Of a stretch of DNA of 64,000 bases, positions 30,696 to 43,047 are shown piece after piece (within the stretch, counting starts at the first letter, position 1; the number at the start of each line of letters is the position of its first letter). The stretch is from an uncultured delta proteobacterium (GTDB lineage: Bacteria > Desulfobacterota > Syntrophobacteria > BM002). The position numbers and the translations under genes were made by a program. Under the pieces are notes generated by a model. It ran no database searches and was not told the DNA's origin. It saw nothing but the letters and a program-made list of their open reading frames with translations. The stretch is taken from contig CAVQGX010000037.1 of the NCBI GenBank assembly GCA_963712115.1, positions 64,001 through 128,000 on the forward strand. The letters run 5' to 3'.

Positions 30696-31724
30696 TCAAA
30701 TCAGAACCTGCTCCAGAATATCAATGGAATCAAGAACTTTGCCAGCGCCCATCACCACACTGGCAAGTGGATCATTTGCAATGCTTACGGGAAGTCCGGT
30801 CTCCTCTATTAGAAGCCTGTCAAGATTCTTTAAAAGTGCACCGCCTCCGGCAAGAACAATACCTGTATCTACAATATCTCCGGCCAATTCGGGCGGTACT
30901 TGCTCAAGAGCAGTCTTGACTGTCTGAACTATATTTTCAAGCAGTTCACTAAGGGCCTTGTTCACATCGGCCGAGTCAACCTCGACAATCTTTGGAATCC
31001 CTGAGACAAGATCACGCCCCTTGACCTCCATTTGCTGCACATTATGGTTTGAGATCGCATTACCGATGGTGGTCTTGATTTGTTCTGCAGAACTTTCTCC
31101 TATCAGGAGATTGTACTTCTGCTTGATATGCTGAAGAATAGCTTCGTCCATGAGGTTGCCGCCTACGCGAACCGACTTGCTGTACACCACTCCAGCCAGA
31201 GCGATTACCGCCACCTCTGTCGTGCCTCCGCCAATATCGACTATCATATTACCAATTGGCTCTGTTACAGGTAATCCGGCACCTATAGCAGCAGCCATGG
31301 GTTCTTCAATGAAAAAGACTTCACGGGCACCAGCTGCGCCTGCTGCCTCTCGCACTGCTCGTTTCTCCACCATGGTAATGCCCGAAGGCACGCAGACGAT
31401 GACGCGCGCTTTTGCCAATCGGCGATTATTCGCTTTTCTAATAAAATGCCGTAGCATCGCCTCGGTTACATCGAAATCGGCGATCACCCCATCTTTCATT
31501 GGACGACTGGCAACGATATTCCCAGGGGTGCGGCCCAACATCTCTTTAGCCTCTTTGCCCACTGCCAAGACTTTATTGGCTCCTCTTCCATCTCTGCGAA
31601 CAGCAACAACAGAAGGCTCGTTAAGTACAACACCTTTTCCTTTCACATACACAAGCGTGTTTGCTGTACCCAGGTCAATTGCAAGATCTTCGGAAAATCT
31701 TCGCCAAATGTGATTCAAAACCAT
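30696..31724 (-). CDS. mreB: Rod shape-determining actin MreB (orphan paralogue 1)
   Basis: [36 protein letters not shown]. Confidence 0.95.
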   Translation of the reverse strand: MVLNHIWRRFSEDLAIDLGTANTLVYVKGKGVVLNEPSVVAVRRDGRGANKVLAVGKEAKEMLGRTPGNIVASRPMKDGVIADFDVTEAMLRHFIRKANNRRLAKARVIVCVPSGITMVEKRAVREAAGAAGAREVFFIEEPMAAAIGAGLPVTEPIGNMIVDIGGGTTEVAVIALAGVVYSKSVRVGGNLMDEAILQHIKQKYNLLIGESSAEQIKTTIGNAISNHNVQQMEVKGRDLVSGIPKIVEVDSADVNKALSELLENIVQTVKTALEQVPPELAGDIVDTGIVLAGGGALLKNLDRLLIEETGLPVSIANDPLASVVMGAGKVLDSIDILEQVLI

Positions 31725-31985
31725 AAGATCTTATCTCCTGCCCGTTTAGGCCGAATTACCATGGCTTCGATCGAAAGAGTATAAAAGTTCATGGAGGTGA
31801 AGCAAAATAATTGCAAGGCGAGGGCAAAGTCAAGTCATTAGGACACTTTTGAGGGAAAAAATGAGGTGCCCTTGTACCTGATAAATGTGCAATGCTTCGG
31901 GTTTGCAACTGAAAAGGAAATCGTTATATTGGTGTGACTGAAGCTTAAGGATTCAATTGTGATTGCTTGGAAGCAAGGAGAACAA

Positions 31986-32579
31986 ATGCGGAATTTTCGA
32001 AGAGGACTTCAAACAACAAAAAGGTACTGGCCCATTGCATTCATAGTACTTTCATCAAACTTGTTGCTGAGTGTTACAATCCAGGCCAAGACATTTTATG
32101 TATCAGATACGACACTGACGGCTAATGTGCGGACTGGACCCAGCTTTGAAAACCGCATCATTGCAATGCTTCAATCTGGGACGAAGGTAACTCTGGTGAG
32201 GGTAGAAGGCGGTTGGTCCGAAGTAGCCTTGGATGATGGACGCAGAGGCTGGATTCCTAAAAATTATCTATCCGATCGCCCTCCCTGGCGCGATACTGCT
32301 CAGAAACTGGCATCTGAAAACCAGAGTCTTCAAACCCAAGTCGCCAGTCTTGAGCAAAGCCAACAAAGTCTATCGCACGAGAACAACAAACTGAGGACTG
32401 AACTTCAGAACAGTTCGCAAAAGCTCGATCAACTGCAAAGAGCCAACAAAAATATGAAGACTTCTTACAATCTTCGCTGGTTTTTGGGTGGTGCAGGAGT
32501 CTTATTGGCCGGTTGGATACTTGGTTTTTGGATGGGTCGCATGAGACGACGTTCATATTCAGAACGATATAGATTGTAG
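31986..32579 (+). CDS. TIGR04211/YgiM-like SH3 protein with coiled coil and C-terminal TM
   Basis: Signal peptide, YVSD..VRTGPS..GWI SH3b domain, coiled coil, WFLGGAGVLLAG anchor. Confidence 0.85.
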   Translation: MRNFRRGLQTTKRYWPIAFIVLSSNLLLSVTIQAKTFYVSDTTLTANVRTGPSFENRIIAMLQSGTKVTLVRVEGGWSEVALDDGRRGWIPKNYLSDRPPWRDTAQKLASENQSLQTQVASLEQSQQSLSHENNKLRTELQNSSQKLDQLQRANKNMKTSYNLRWFLGGAGVLLAGWILGFWMGRMRRRSYSERYRL

Positions 32580-32826
32580 GAACGTAATCAAAAGTTTATT
32601 GATATCCTAAAATTTTCACGCTGCTTAACAGAGCACGTGTATTGCCATACAGAAACTTGATGATCTGGATGCCGCACTATATGTTCATCCAGTTCCTCGT
32701 AAAGTGGGTTTTGTTCTTGCTTCCAGACCGCAAGGTTGACTTTCCGGCATTTCAGAATACTCTCCTATAAAGCACTGGCTGAGTGGATTGCAGCTTCTGT
32801 AGCCTATAACAACCAACTGCAGACAG

Positions 32827-33876
<1,050 letters not shown>

Positions 33877-34637
33877 TTAATGCAAAGAAACAAAATGCAA
33901 GCCGATAAATAGCTTGCAAGCCAATTGGTCAAGGGTGTCAACACGATAGTCTTTGGATGAAAATAACATGCCAGGTTGAGCAAATCTAAATTTCCTTAAT
34001 TTTTCATATTCTTAGCAAATTCATAAGCTTTGACTAAACCTAAAAGGATGATTGAAATCATCCAAAACGGTCAATCGGCTATGAAAAAGTGTACGCTTCG
34101 AGCTAGTCTAACTGTGTTTCGACAATTAGGTGAGACGCTTAAGGTTAAGCTCACCAGTATGACAAGTTCCAATGTGGCACGAATCGATTCAGCGAATTTG
34201 GCTTTCTGATGTTAAATGCGATCTCCTATTGACCTGGTCGGATATTTGCTTACTCGATCTTATTTCAAGTCACATCTTGTTTTGATATCTTGAATTTCAC
34301 TGATGTCCACATACTGGCAAGATATCTTTAATCCTTACCCGGAAGTATCTACGCGAGCATTTTGTGGTTTAATTTCTGTGCGGGGAAGTTTGGAAATAAA
34401 GAGCTTTGCTTGCCCCTTTACCTCTGGAGCCAGCCAATTAACCCCAAAAATGGTGGTTTTTCGTAGTTGCATAGATTGGCTAATTAGTTTATAGTTCTCA
34501 ACTTTAAATGTTCAGGTATTGTGTGGCTTTGTGCATCTTTTATTTAGCAAGTGTAATACTAGTCGTTACGTAGAAAGAATATACCTTAAAGCTACTAATT
34601 CAAATTGCAATCGAAAGGAAACCGAGGAGGGTGAGAA

Positions 34638-34925
34638 ATGTCCAAACCAAAGCAGAAAAAGAAGGCACAGAACAAAAGGATTACCTTCAAGCTGGAGGCA
34701 TCAGGAGCCAAAGAGGCCATCTTGGTAGGAGACTTTAACAGTTGGGATGCCAAGAAGCACATAATGAAAAGGGACAACAGAGGGAGGTGGAGCAAGATTG
34801 TCACTCTGTCCCCTGGAAGGTACGAGTATAAGTTTCTTGTAGATGGGGAATGGCAGACTGATCCCAGCAATGACCAAGTGGTCCCCAACTCCTTTGGTAG
34901 CCTCAATAATTTCTTGAATGTTTAA
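34638..34925 (+). CDS. Stand-alone CBM48/AMPK-beta-like glycogen-binding protein
   Basis: LVGDFNSW..PGRYEYKFLVDGEWQTDP..NSFG..NN. Confidence 0.88.
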   Translation: MSKPKQKKKAQNKRITFKLEASGAKEAILVGDFNSWDAKKHIMKRDNRGRWSKIVTLSPGRYEYKFLVDGEWQTDPSNDQVVPNSFGSLNNFLNV

Positions 34926-34967
34926 ATAGCCACGTAGATTGTGGACTGAGCATGAGTTAAATTAAAT

Positions 34968-35012
34968 GACCCCTACTGGTCATTGTACCTCCGGTCAGTG
35001 GGGGCTTTTTTA
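34968..35012 (+). terminator. Intrinsic terminator
   Basis: CCCCTACTGG..CAGTGGGGG stem followed by a T run. Confidence 0.6.
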
Positions 35013-35118
35013 TTGCCAGTTCTCCCCTTATTCTTTTAATCTGATGGCAGCTAAGGACTTTCTAAAAAAGTATAAGAGAAACTCTCCGAGAAATAGTCCC
35101 TTATAGCGAGGGCTAAAG

Positions 35119-35718
35119 ATGGAAAAAGAGGTCCGCCAATATCGAAGAGTCAAAGTCAGTTGGCCTGTCACCATTCAGACCGAAGAAGGCACTATTGAAC
35201 GGGCTACATACAACATAAGTCCCGATGGAGCCTTCATCCGTGGTTTGTCGCCCCTTGAGCTGCATGAAGTCGTTGATATGGTTATTAGTGGCCCTGACCA
35301 TTCCATAACGGTCAAAGCAAGAGTGGTCTGGACGAGTAGCCAAGTGCCCCCTAAAAAGGATATGCCACGTGGTGTGGGTGTCGAGTTCATCAATATTTCT
35401 GATGAGCACCGAGAAATAATCTCTTCTCTAGTTGCAGCGGAAGTAGAGTCCTCAGGCTCGGACGAAGATGAAAAGGAGCAGGTTTTAATAAGAGAACAGA
35501 GCTTAATAGAGGAGCGGCCAGTAGAGGACGAGAAAGAAAACATGAATAAACCTACTCTAGGGCCACCTAAGAGGTGTCCAGACGGTCACATGCATATTTC
35601 CTGGTCTACGGGCGATGACCATATTTTCTGTTGGGACTGCAACCGGAGATACCCACTACTTGCCTGTTTCAGACCACCAGAGCGAGACCTTTCTGACTCT
35701 GAGAAGTCCAATGACTAG
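35119..35718 (+). CDS. PilZ-domain protein with C-terminal Zn-finger-like motif
   Basis: RQYRR (RxxxR), NISPDG, ARVVW, GVGVEF; CPDGH...CWDC. Confidence 0.82.
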   Translation: MEKEVRQYRRVKVSWPVTIQTEEGTIERATYNISPDGAFIRGLSPLELHEVVDMVISGPDHSITVKARVVWTSSQVPPKKDMPRGVGVEFINISDEHREIISSLVAAEVESSGSDEDEKEQVLIREQSLIEERPVEDEKENMNKPTLGPPKRCPDGHMHISWSTGDDHIFCWDCNRRYPLLACFRPPERDLSDSEKSND

Positions 35719-35857
35719 CCTAGACCCTGACGAAATCAAACGAGTAAAAGTCCACCCTATCAAATGCCCCAGGTGCAAGCTCACGGTAATGGTCAAGCCA
35801 GACGATAAAGTGTGTCCTGCTTGTGGGGGTAATCTGCCGAAACCTGCAAAGCTTTGA
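35711..35857 (+). CDS. Small zinc-ribbon protein
   Basis: CPRC..CPACG; overlaps the PilZ gene stop. Confidence 0.5.
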   Translation: MTSLDPDEIKRVKVHPIKCPRCKLTVMVKPDDKVCPACGGNLPKPAKL

Positions 35858-36151
35858 AAGAAAACTATATTTTGTGCCAGATTGGAAACCAGGCGAGTGT
35901 GAATTAAGGGATGTTATCTCCAGTCCGCGACCCTTCAGTCGAATCGAGCATACAAACTCTCCCCGGTCCACATATGCTCTTCAGACCTTGAGCCGACCTC
36001 GACTCAAGGTATTGGAAAGGTATATGGAGTCCTTATTATCAGAGGATTCTTGCTATCTGTTTTTCATATCTTCACCAATGCAACCAATTATCTGAAGCTG
36101 GAAGTGCAGTTCCCTCCCAATATCGAACAATTTCAGACCAAATCAAAAATT

Positions 36152-36335
36152 AAGGGCTTAGCACTTATTGGCTAAGCTCTCAATATTATTGCAAGAAGTG
36201 GCGTCACCAAGGGTACTCTCTGTTTACCCGTGTTTTTTTCTATGTCTAAGAGAGCACAATGATTTTATAAAGTTTTATCCTGCAAAGAGACACCGGAGGC
36301 CATCGCTACTCTTGATAAAAAGGGGTTCAGTATAA
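36152..36335 (+). mobile_element. att-like junction, copy 4
   Basis: Hairpin GGGCTTAGC/GCTAAGCTC, then TGGCGTCACCAAGGGTACTCTCTGTTTACCCG from 36199; open frame 36198..36335. Confidence 0.7.
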
Positions 36336-36501
36336 GGGAAGGTGAGAGTGCCGTCCTCACAGTTGAATTCATCTTTTCTTACTGATTTACCCAATATTAA
36401 TAATATGTTATGAGAAACCAGCTAGAATTTACTCATTTTAGCTGATTTGATCTAGAAATCATGTAATTTCAAACAGTTGCCTCCATTTTTCACCTTTTCA
36501 A

Positions 36502-36525
36502 AAATCGTTACCAAATCGTTACCAA
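36502..36525. repeat. AAATCGTTACC tandem direct repeat (x2)
   Basis: Exact 11-bp tandem repeat about 300 bp from att copy 4. Confidence 0.6.
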
Positions 36526-36783
36526 GGTTTTCCTTCGGGCTAGCTTCGTGACATTTTTTTAGGCTGAAAACATGCCACCATATCTGGTATAGCTCCCATT
36601 TGGCGTATTGATTGAAAGTCTTTTGCTACGTATCTTTACTCAACGACCCCACCAAAATGCCTTGATATCATGAACACATCTTCAGTATTTCATAAAATTC
36701 TGCCCATCACATAGACACAAAAAGCCATCGCTAGTCCTCGTGAGAGATGAACAGATTGTGAGAAGGAAGCGGGAAAGGCTTTT

Positions 36784-36840
36784 CAGGTTATAGGTGATGG
36801 GTGTTAACCTGTAACCAATGACCCATGACCTATAACCTAT
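36784..36840. repeat. Heptamer-repeat palindrome
   Basis: CAGGTTA TAGGTGA TGGGTGT / TAACCTG TAACCAA TGACCCA TGACCTA TAACCTA. Confidence 0.65.
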
Positions 36841-37387
36841 CAGCGGCGAAGACGCGACTTATTTGTTCAAAATTAAACCACCAAACTTTTTGATATCACA
36901 TTAAACAAAGCATCAACAGTTTATTTACATTTTTTTAACAATTAATAAACAAAAAGTTCTTCCATAAGTAAAATCTACAATATATTGACAACTTTCTTAC
37001 AACTAAAAAACAAATAAATAACAACAAGATAAATAAAAAATGTTTCTATTGACAATTTTATTAGTTTCGACAAAATGTGTTCATCATTGAAGACATATAC
37101 ATACCAAGCAGGTGGTCTAATAATCTTTTTTGTTTGGTACTAAATAAGTCTTCAATCGTACTAATGTCAGCTGTTTCTGGTTAATTTGCTTAAGTTAACA
37201 GCTTATACTTCTAACTTTACTGTCGGTGACAGAGTGTAACTGAGTTGGCGGAGCTGTGTTCCAGCTACGCTGGAGCACGGGGCGGGAGGCCGCGCGAGAT
37301 GGGCGAGACGGGGGCAGAAGACAGAGCAGTCATTTGCCTTCGGCGTCATTAGGTCACTACGCTGCGCTGTCATTTGTTGTAAAAGGT

Positions 37388-37443
37388 AGAAGACAGAGGA
37401 CAGATGACAGCAGTTCAAGGTTCCAAGTTCCAAGTTCAAAGTT
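37388..37443. repeat. Heptamer tandem repeats
   Basis: AGAAGAC AGAGGAC AGATGAC and TTCAAGG TTCCAAG TTCCAAG TTCAAAG. Confidence 0.6.
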
Positions 37444-37759
37444 AGGACAAGTTATGGGCTGAAGTTCTCCATATAACGGATAACACCTTGTTCCGTTCAC
37501 CGTTTACGGCATTAACGACTTCAATGACTTCTGCGATCTGACGTGCTTTAGAGCTATGAGCCTTGGTGGTCTCAATATTCCCCCATTCCAATATTCCGAT
37601 TATCTTGCACGCCCATCTTTATCGTCTAAGATGAGATAGGTGATCCGTTTTTTTTGGCATTGGGTTTGCAAAAAGTAATCAAAGGGGTGAGTATGGAGCT
37701 TACCCTTATGGCCCGGGGTTCCCCTCTTGGCGGATGTGACGTCGATGGGGGTTTCTTTT

Positions 37760-38047
37760 TCATTGCCAACTAACCAAAATACCGTCTTTGAAAAAGAGAT
37801 ATCTCTCCTTTGAATATCCTTTATAAATCCAGACGATGAGGCACTCGTCCCGGTAACAATTTTCATCCACCGAGTCTGGGCTACCCCAAGCCTCCCTCAC
37901 TGTATTCATCGGAAGGCCAGGCCGTAGAAGCTCGTAGGTTCTGTTCTCAGACTGATCAGGACTCTCCCGAATCCGCTCGCCAGTTTTAGGCCCACAAGAA
38001 ACCAGTGAAATAATAGCCAAAAGTAGAATCAGGTTAGTAGGTTTCAT
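37760..38047 (-). CDS. Small lipoprotein, SmpA/BamE-like fold
   Basis: Lipobox LVSC; LRPGLPMNTVREAWGSP..VWIY..LFFKDGILVSW. Confidence 0.7.
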   Translation of the reverse strand: MKPTNLILLLAIISLVSCGPKTGERIRESPDQSENRTYELLRPGLPMNTVREAWGSPDSVDENCYRDECLIVWIYKGYSKERYLFFKDGILVSWQ

Positions 38048-38547
38048 CACACAGACTGCTCTCTGAGAAGCCGCCAAAGAAGATACAACTGACACCAGTT
38101 GGATTTGATCTGCCACATAGTCTCGCGCAACCATACTACTTGTTAGATAGTTCCTATGTCAACATCAGCATTTCTGGAAATCAACATTTCTGGACCCCCA
38201 AGTCTAATACCTTAGTATGATATTATTTTCCAATAGTGGAAGTTTTTTTCCTAAAGTGTGGCTTGGATTTCTCAATTTATAAGAAGTGATTCCAGGGGCA
38301 ATATAGGGTAACTGCTTGAGTATACAAGATAAATACTTTGATCAGATAACCTGGCACAGTCTTTGATATAGACGATATATCATTCTTTGGTCTAGCACTC
38401 AGACCGAACTACAGCGATAACCAAGACAATTAAGCTTTTCGTGCGATTTCACTGACAAGGTAATTCAAAAGGAACGTAACCTTTGGCACAAAACAGACTA
38501 ACCAAATCTTAAGCGAATTTCTTAGCTAGAACTGCGGGTTCTGGGTC

Positions 38548-39234
38548 ATGATAGCAAGAGTAGACGAAGAGAGTATAGACTCCCAAGTGTTTGACATAAA
38601 AAGGATCTATATTGTCGGTCCCTGGCGAGTGCATAACGAGCTTCTCTCGTCTTTTCTGGAGGAGAGGATCGGAGCAGAATGCCTGATAGTTGAGACTATC
38701 AGGGACCTTCCAGTCTCCACCGGTGAAAGTGGGTATTCTCCAAGGCTAGTGCTTTTAGATTGTCTGGGTAAAGATCCGGTAAGCCTTTGGGAAGAATTTG
38801 AAGCGGAAACTAATGCGATTTTCTCTCGTGACTACGTGGTGCTTTTCAATGTAAGTCCTGGCATGGGATTTGAGGACAAAGCCTTAATGCAGGGAGCACG
38901 CGGGTTTTTCTATGTCCAGGACAACATCGAACAATTTGAGAGAGGTATTCTAGCTATTTATGCAGGAGAACTGTGGGTTTCACGAAAAATCATGACCGAT
39001 TATATTTTGGAACATAGGCAACCACTTCTGCCATTCGAAAGGAACGGTACAGGCATTACCAAGAGAGAATCGGAGATTCTGGGCACAATCGCTGAGGGTG
39101 CTACCAATGAAGAGATCGCCGAAAAATTCTTCATCAGTCCACATACAGTCAAGAGCCACCTTTACAATATCTACAAAAAAGTCGGAGTGTCAAATCGACT
39201 GCAAGCGGCCCTCTGGGCCAGGAGAAACCTTTAG
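38548..39234 (+). CDS. LuxR-family regulator, CsgD/VpsT-like
   Basis: Degenerate receiver domain, GARGFFY, GELWVSRK, TKRESEIL..NEEIAEKFFISPHTVKSHLYNIYKK..NRLQA. Confidence 0.9.
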   Translation: MIARVDEESIDSQVFDIKRIYIVGPWRVHNELLSSFLEERIGAECLIVETIRDLPVSTGESGYSPRLVLLDCLGKDPVSLWEEFEAETNAIFSRDYVVLFNVSPGMGFEDKALMQGARGFFYVQDNIEQFERGILAIYAGELWVSRKIMTDYILEHRQPLLPFERNGTGITKRESEILGTIAEGATNEEIAEKFFISPHTVKSHLYNIYKKVGVSNRLQAALWARRNL

Positions 39235-39736
39235 CAACTAGTAAAAAAGTATTAGATGGTAGATATGCTCTTAGTGCCACTTTTTGAATAAGTTCAACTT
39301 TAAAAAGTCCCCACTATTGAAAAAGTGGGATTTAGAGGCTGTCCAACGGACTGACTTTCCCTTTCCCGGCGGGAGGGGAAAAGAGGGGAATACTTCCCAA
39401 CAGTAACCCTGTTGCAATCCAGGCTTCGCAGGGTTGGCAGGCGAGATTCGACAGGGCGAATCCTCCCCGTCTCCGCCTGAGAGCGGGATCTTCGACAAGG
39501 GAAAGAATAATGATGTTTCCGTAGTTAAGCAAGCTAACTAGAAGAAACTACGTCACTTACAAACAAATTGGCAGCGGGTACTCCCACTGTTAGTTGCCGC
39601 AAAACAACAATACCTTTTCCTTAAATTATCCCAGGTGACCTCAAACCTGAACGGGCGGAGCCTACCCTGAAAACCCATACGGGCTAGACTTCATTAACCC
39701 TCAAGCAAGCAACGACCTGGATCGGAAAGACGGACA

Positions 39737-41152
39737 TTGAAATCTAGATTGTCTGGTAAGCTGCGAACTGCTGAGAATTCGCCAGGATTGCTGATCAACC
39801 CATCCGTTTTGCAACGAGTGTGCAGGGTAATGATCGAGACTTTGCTCGTTTGTTTGCCAAACGCCACGGGAAGTGCGATCTACAGCATCGGTCCTTTACC
39901 ACATCTCAGCCTCAAGCTTGTTAGTTCGGCCAGAAGATATGGACAGACTGACAAGATCCTTTGGGATGAGATCAATAAGTCTTCTAATAATTTTGCCGTC
40001 AAAAAGTGGGAGGATTATCGTGATCACAAGGGTGGCATTCTGGGAGGATTGGCATGGTGCGTAGAAAACCAAATTAGTTGGACCGTTGATCATGCGGTGT
40101 CTAAGAGGCATAATATGAATGATTTGCCTGAAAAGAATGGTTTTGATGGTTTCTATCATCTGGAGCCGATCTTGATTAAGAAGGCCGAACTAGGGCAACG
40201 GGAGGTTTCACTGCCTAATCATCCAAAGAATAGCCAAGGAAAGACAATATGGCAGAAAAGTTCCAACGCAACGGTTGGAGTTATAAAGACAGATTTTCTC
40301 CCAGGAACTATAGCTCCGGGAGATAGATCCGCTCGAGTTATAAAAATGCTGTCTGGGTTTTTCGGCATTCAGATGCTTTCTTTGCATGCGATTCAAACCA
40401 CAGTCGAGAAGTCAAAGCACATTCAAAAAGAGCGGCAAAAGGTGTGCAATAAGCTTTCTCATGATTTCAGAGCCATATTGGCAAGATTGGGACTCCTCTA
40501 TCGAATCATAGATTTCGAAATCAGCAACTTGCGCGAGTCATGGGAGACCTTGTTTCATCACTGTTATCCAGAGAAGCCGTACAAACGACCTATGATTAGG
40601 GAACTGGATCGGCTGCTGCAAGAGATAGAACTAAAGTATGAAGTGCGAGGTGATTGCGATGATGTGACCAGGTTGAAACACTATCAGAAACTTTTGTTGG
40701 AATACTATTTTCTACCAAAACAAAACAAGATCTGGTTACGCCACAAAATAAGGCCTTTGTGGGCTTCAGTTGCATCAGAGTTCGATTTATCTCCTCCATT
40801 GAAAAACCAAGTTGAAGATCTATTGGAAGGATTAGAAGAATCGTTTGGTGTATTTTTGGAGGAAAAAGCCATAGCAAGGATTGATCTGGTTCCGGAATCA
40901 GTGAAGAAAAACTGGCTTCGGCTAGCGTACTCAGAGTTGGATTGGAATGACAAGACGGTCTTCGAAGAATACATTGACCTCCTCGACAGTTTGAGCGTAG
41001 AGTTAGATCACAGAAGACACTCATCGAGAAATCTGGTCTATTTGAAAAATCTAGTTGAATTAATGCCGGAAATAGAGCAAAAGCTTGGTAGGAATTTGGT
41101 ATATTTACAGAGGGACATCGATGCACTTGAGGTTAGTCCAGTTTCAGTTTGA
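39737..41152 (+). CDS. Hypothetical protein (H-box-like LSHDFR motif, no HATPase domain)
   Basis: 471 aa ORF directly upstream of wza. Confidence 0.7.
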   Translation: MKSRLSGKLRTAENSPGLLINPSVLQRVCRVMIETLLVCLPNATGSAIYSIGPLPHLSLKLVSSARRYGQTDKILWDEINKSSNNFAVKKWEDYRDHKGGILGGLAWCVENQISWTVDHAVSKRHNMNDLPEKNGFDGFYHLEPILIKKAELGQREVSLPNHPKNSQGKTIWQKSSNATVGVIKTDFLPGTIAPGDRSARVIKMLSGFFGIQMLSLHAIQTTVEKSKHIQKERQKVCNKLSHDFRAILARLGLLYRIIDFEISNLRESWETLFHHCYPEKPYKRPMIRELDRLLQEIELKYEVRGDCDDVTRLKHYQKLLLEYYFLPKQNKIWLRHKIRPLWASVASEFDLSPPLKNQVEDLLEGLEESFGVFLEEKAIARIDLVPESVKKNWLRLAYSELDWNDKTVFEEYIDLLDSLSVELDHRRHSSRNLVYLKNLVELMPEIEQKLGRNLVYLQRDIDALEVSPVSV

Positions 41153-41177
41153 ATAGGGCTAAAGGGGAGGATTTGTA

Positions 41178-41762
41178 ATGCGGAAAGTTGTCTTTATAAT
41201 ATTTTTTCTCATGATCTTCATCAGCGCACGTGCGGATCTTTCTTCGGCTGCAGAAAAGACGACCCACATCTCCCCCGGGCCTACATTCTATCTTGGACCT
41301 GCAGACGTACTCGAAATATCGGTTTGGAAAGATGAAGCTCTCACCAAGCAGGTAGTTGTGAGGCCGGATGGAATGATATCTTTTCCCCTCATTGGGCAGA
41401 TACCTGCAGCGGGACGTACGGTGGAAGAACTTCAGACAGACATTCAGAGAAGAATTAGTAAATACGTACCGGACGCTCCAGTGACAGTGCTGGTGGCAGA
41501 GATAGGCAGTCCAAAAATCTATGTTGTGGGCAAGGTCAACAAGCCAGGAGTATACATTATGGGACATTACCTCAGGGTCATGCAGGCACTAGCCATGGCC
41601 GGAGGTACAACCACCTTTGCCGATAGGGACGATATAATGATTATTAGAGAGGAACAGAACAGGCAAATCATTATGAAGTTTAATTATGATAGGGTGGCTA
41701 GTGGTATGGACCTGCACAAGAATATCACCTTGAAGCCTGGAGATACAATTGTTGTTCCTTAA
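41178..41762 (+). CDS. wza: Polysaccharide export protein (Wza/OPX, short form)
   Basis: LGPADVLEISVW..VRPDGMISFPLIG..GKVNKPG..LKPGDTIVVP. Confidence 0.9.
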   Translation: MRKVVFIIFFLMIFISARADLSSAAEKTTHISPGPTFYLGPADVLEISVWKDEALTKQVVVRPDGMISFPLIGQIPAAGRTVEELQTDIQRRISKYVPDAPVTVLVAEIGSPKIYVVGKVNKPGVYIMGHYLRVMQALAMAGGTTTFADRDDIMIIREEQNRQIIMKFNYDRVASGMDLHKNITLKPGDTIVVP

Positions 41763-41772
41763 GGTTCTGGAC

Positions 41773-42980
41773 ATGAAAGAATCAAAAATAACTTTTCTGT
41801 GTCATGTTGTCTTTTCCCTTATTCTCATTAAGGCTTGCCTGTATAATGTCTGGGTAGTTCCTGTCCATGCTGATTACGAACACGGCGCGACAGCCTCATT
41901 GGCGATTAGGGGAGAATATGATGATAATACTCAGTTTACAGGCAAGGAGGATTATGTGCTGGAGGTCTCGCCATCAGCAGCGCTTTCTGCGGTGACCGAG
42001 GTAACGCAGATACAGGTGGGTGCCGATATAGACATCAGGGAATACAAGAATAACAATGATCTGAGCAGCGTAGATCAATATTATCAAGTTCTGGGTGGTG
42101 TTACCCTGGAGGAGAGGGTTGAGATAGATATCGTCGGGACTCATTTAAGGGATCACACTTTCCAATCAGAGTTGGAGGAAACCGGTATCGTGTTAAAACA
42201 GACGTCGCGCAACCAAACAACCATAAGTCCAATAGGAACATTTTGGCTGGCCCCACGTGACCGAATGCAGCTCACCTATGAGTACGGCGATACCAACTTC
42301 AACTCGGACGACCGCCGGGACTACACCTACCACGACTGCGATAGTCGGCTGGCTTCATGATCTGCAAAATGAAAGAACAACGCTTGGATTACTTGTTGGG
42401 GCAAACCGGACCGAATATGGGGACAACATTGACAATCCGAACGAAGAAATAACATACAAAGGAGTAGGAGCTGGGGTGCAGTTGGATCACATGTTCTCAG
42501 AGACCTTTATTACGAACCTAAAGGCTGGAGCCACTTATACCGAGTCTGAGACCAGGGGCGCCGGTGATAATGACACCACGAGCGACACTAATTTTGTCGG
42601 GGAGGCCTCTGTCAGGTGGATTTTCGAGAGGTCCACCCTTTCAGCTCTGGTCAGATCAACAGGTTGTACCTAGCTCTGCCGGGGAGAACGTAGCTCGCAC
42701 CCAGGCGAATTTTGGTCTGGGATACCGGTTTTCCGAAAAATTTGGATGCAACCTTGGTGGTTATTATCGCCGAAGTGATCCGCTGAGGGGCGGTCAGACC
42801 GTTCAGACATTCGCGAGGGCGGGCTGCGCTCACTTATAGGTTCACCCAGAATTTAGGCTTGTCTTTGGGCTACTCATATACCAAAACGGATCAAGAAAGT
42901 GCCACAATTGTGGACGATGACCGCAATCGGGTTTTTCTGCAGCTCAGATGGCTTATTCACCAGCCAGAATGGAGAGTAAG
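41773..42980 (+). CDS. Outer-membrane beta-barrel of the exopolysaccharide system (multiple frameshifts; end approximate)
   Basis: EYDDN motif and alternating beta strands across ORFs 41749-42360, 42257-42673 and 42564-42839; terminal DRNRVFLQL. Confidence 0.65.
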
Positions 42981-43047
42981 GCCACCCAAGCCGCTGGTTA
43001 AATGGCCGCATCGTTTGTAATTTTAATAACCATAAGGACTTCAAAGA

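Noticed and set aside
39620-39735. Possible retron msr-msd, 6S RNA or riboswitch upstream of the 471-aa gene
   Set aside because: Only a 6-bp terminal inverted repeat (CCAGGT/ACCTGG) is present. There is no reverse transcriptase in the window and no recognisable consensus; an Rfam search would be needed.
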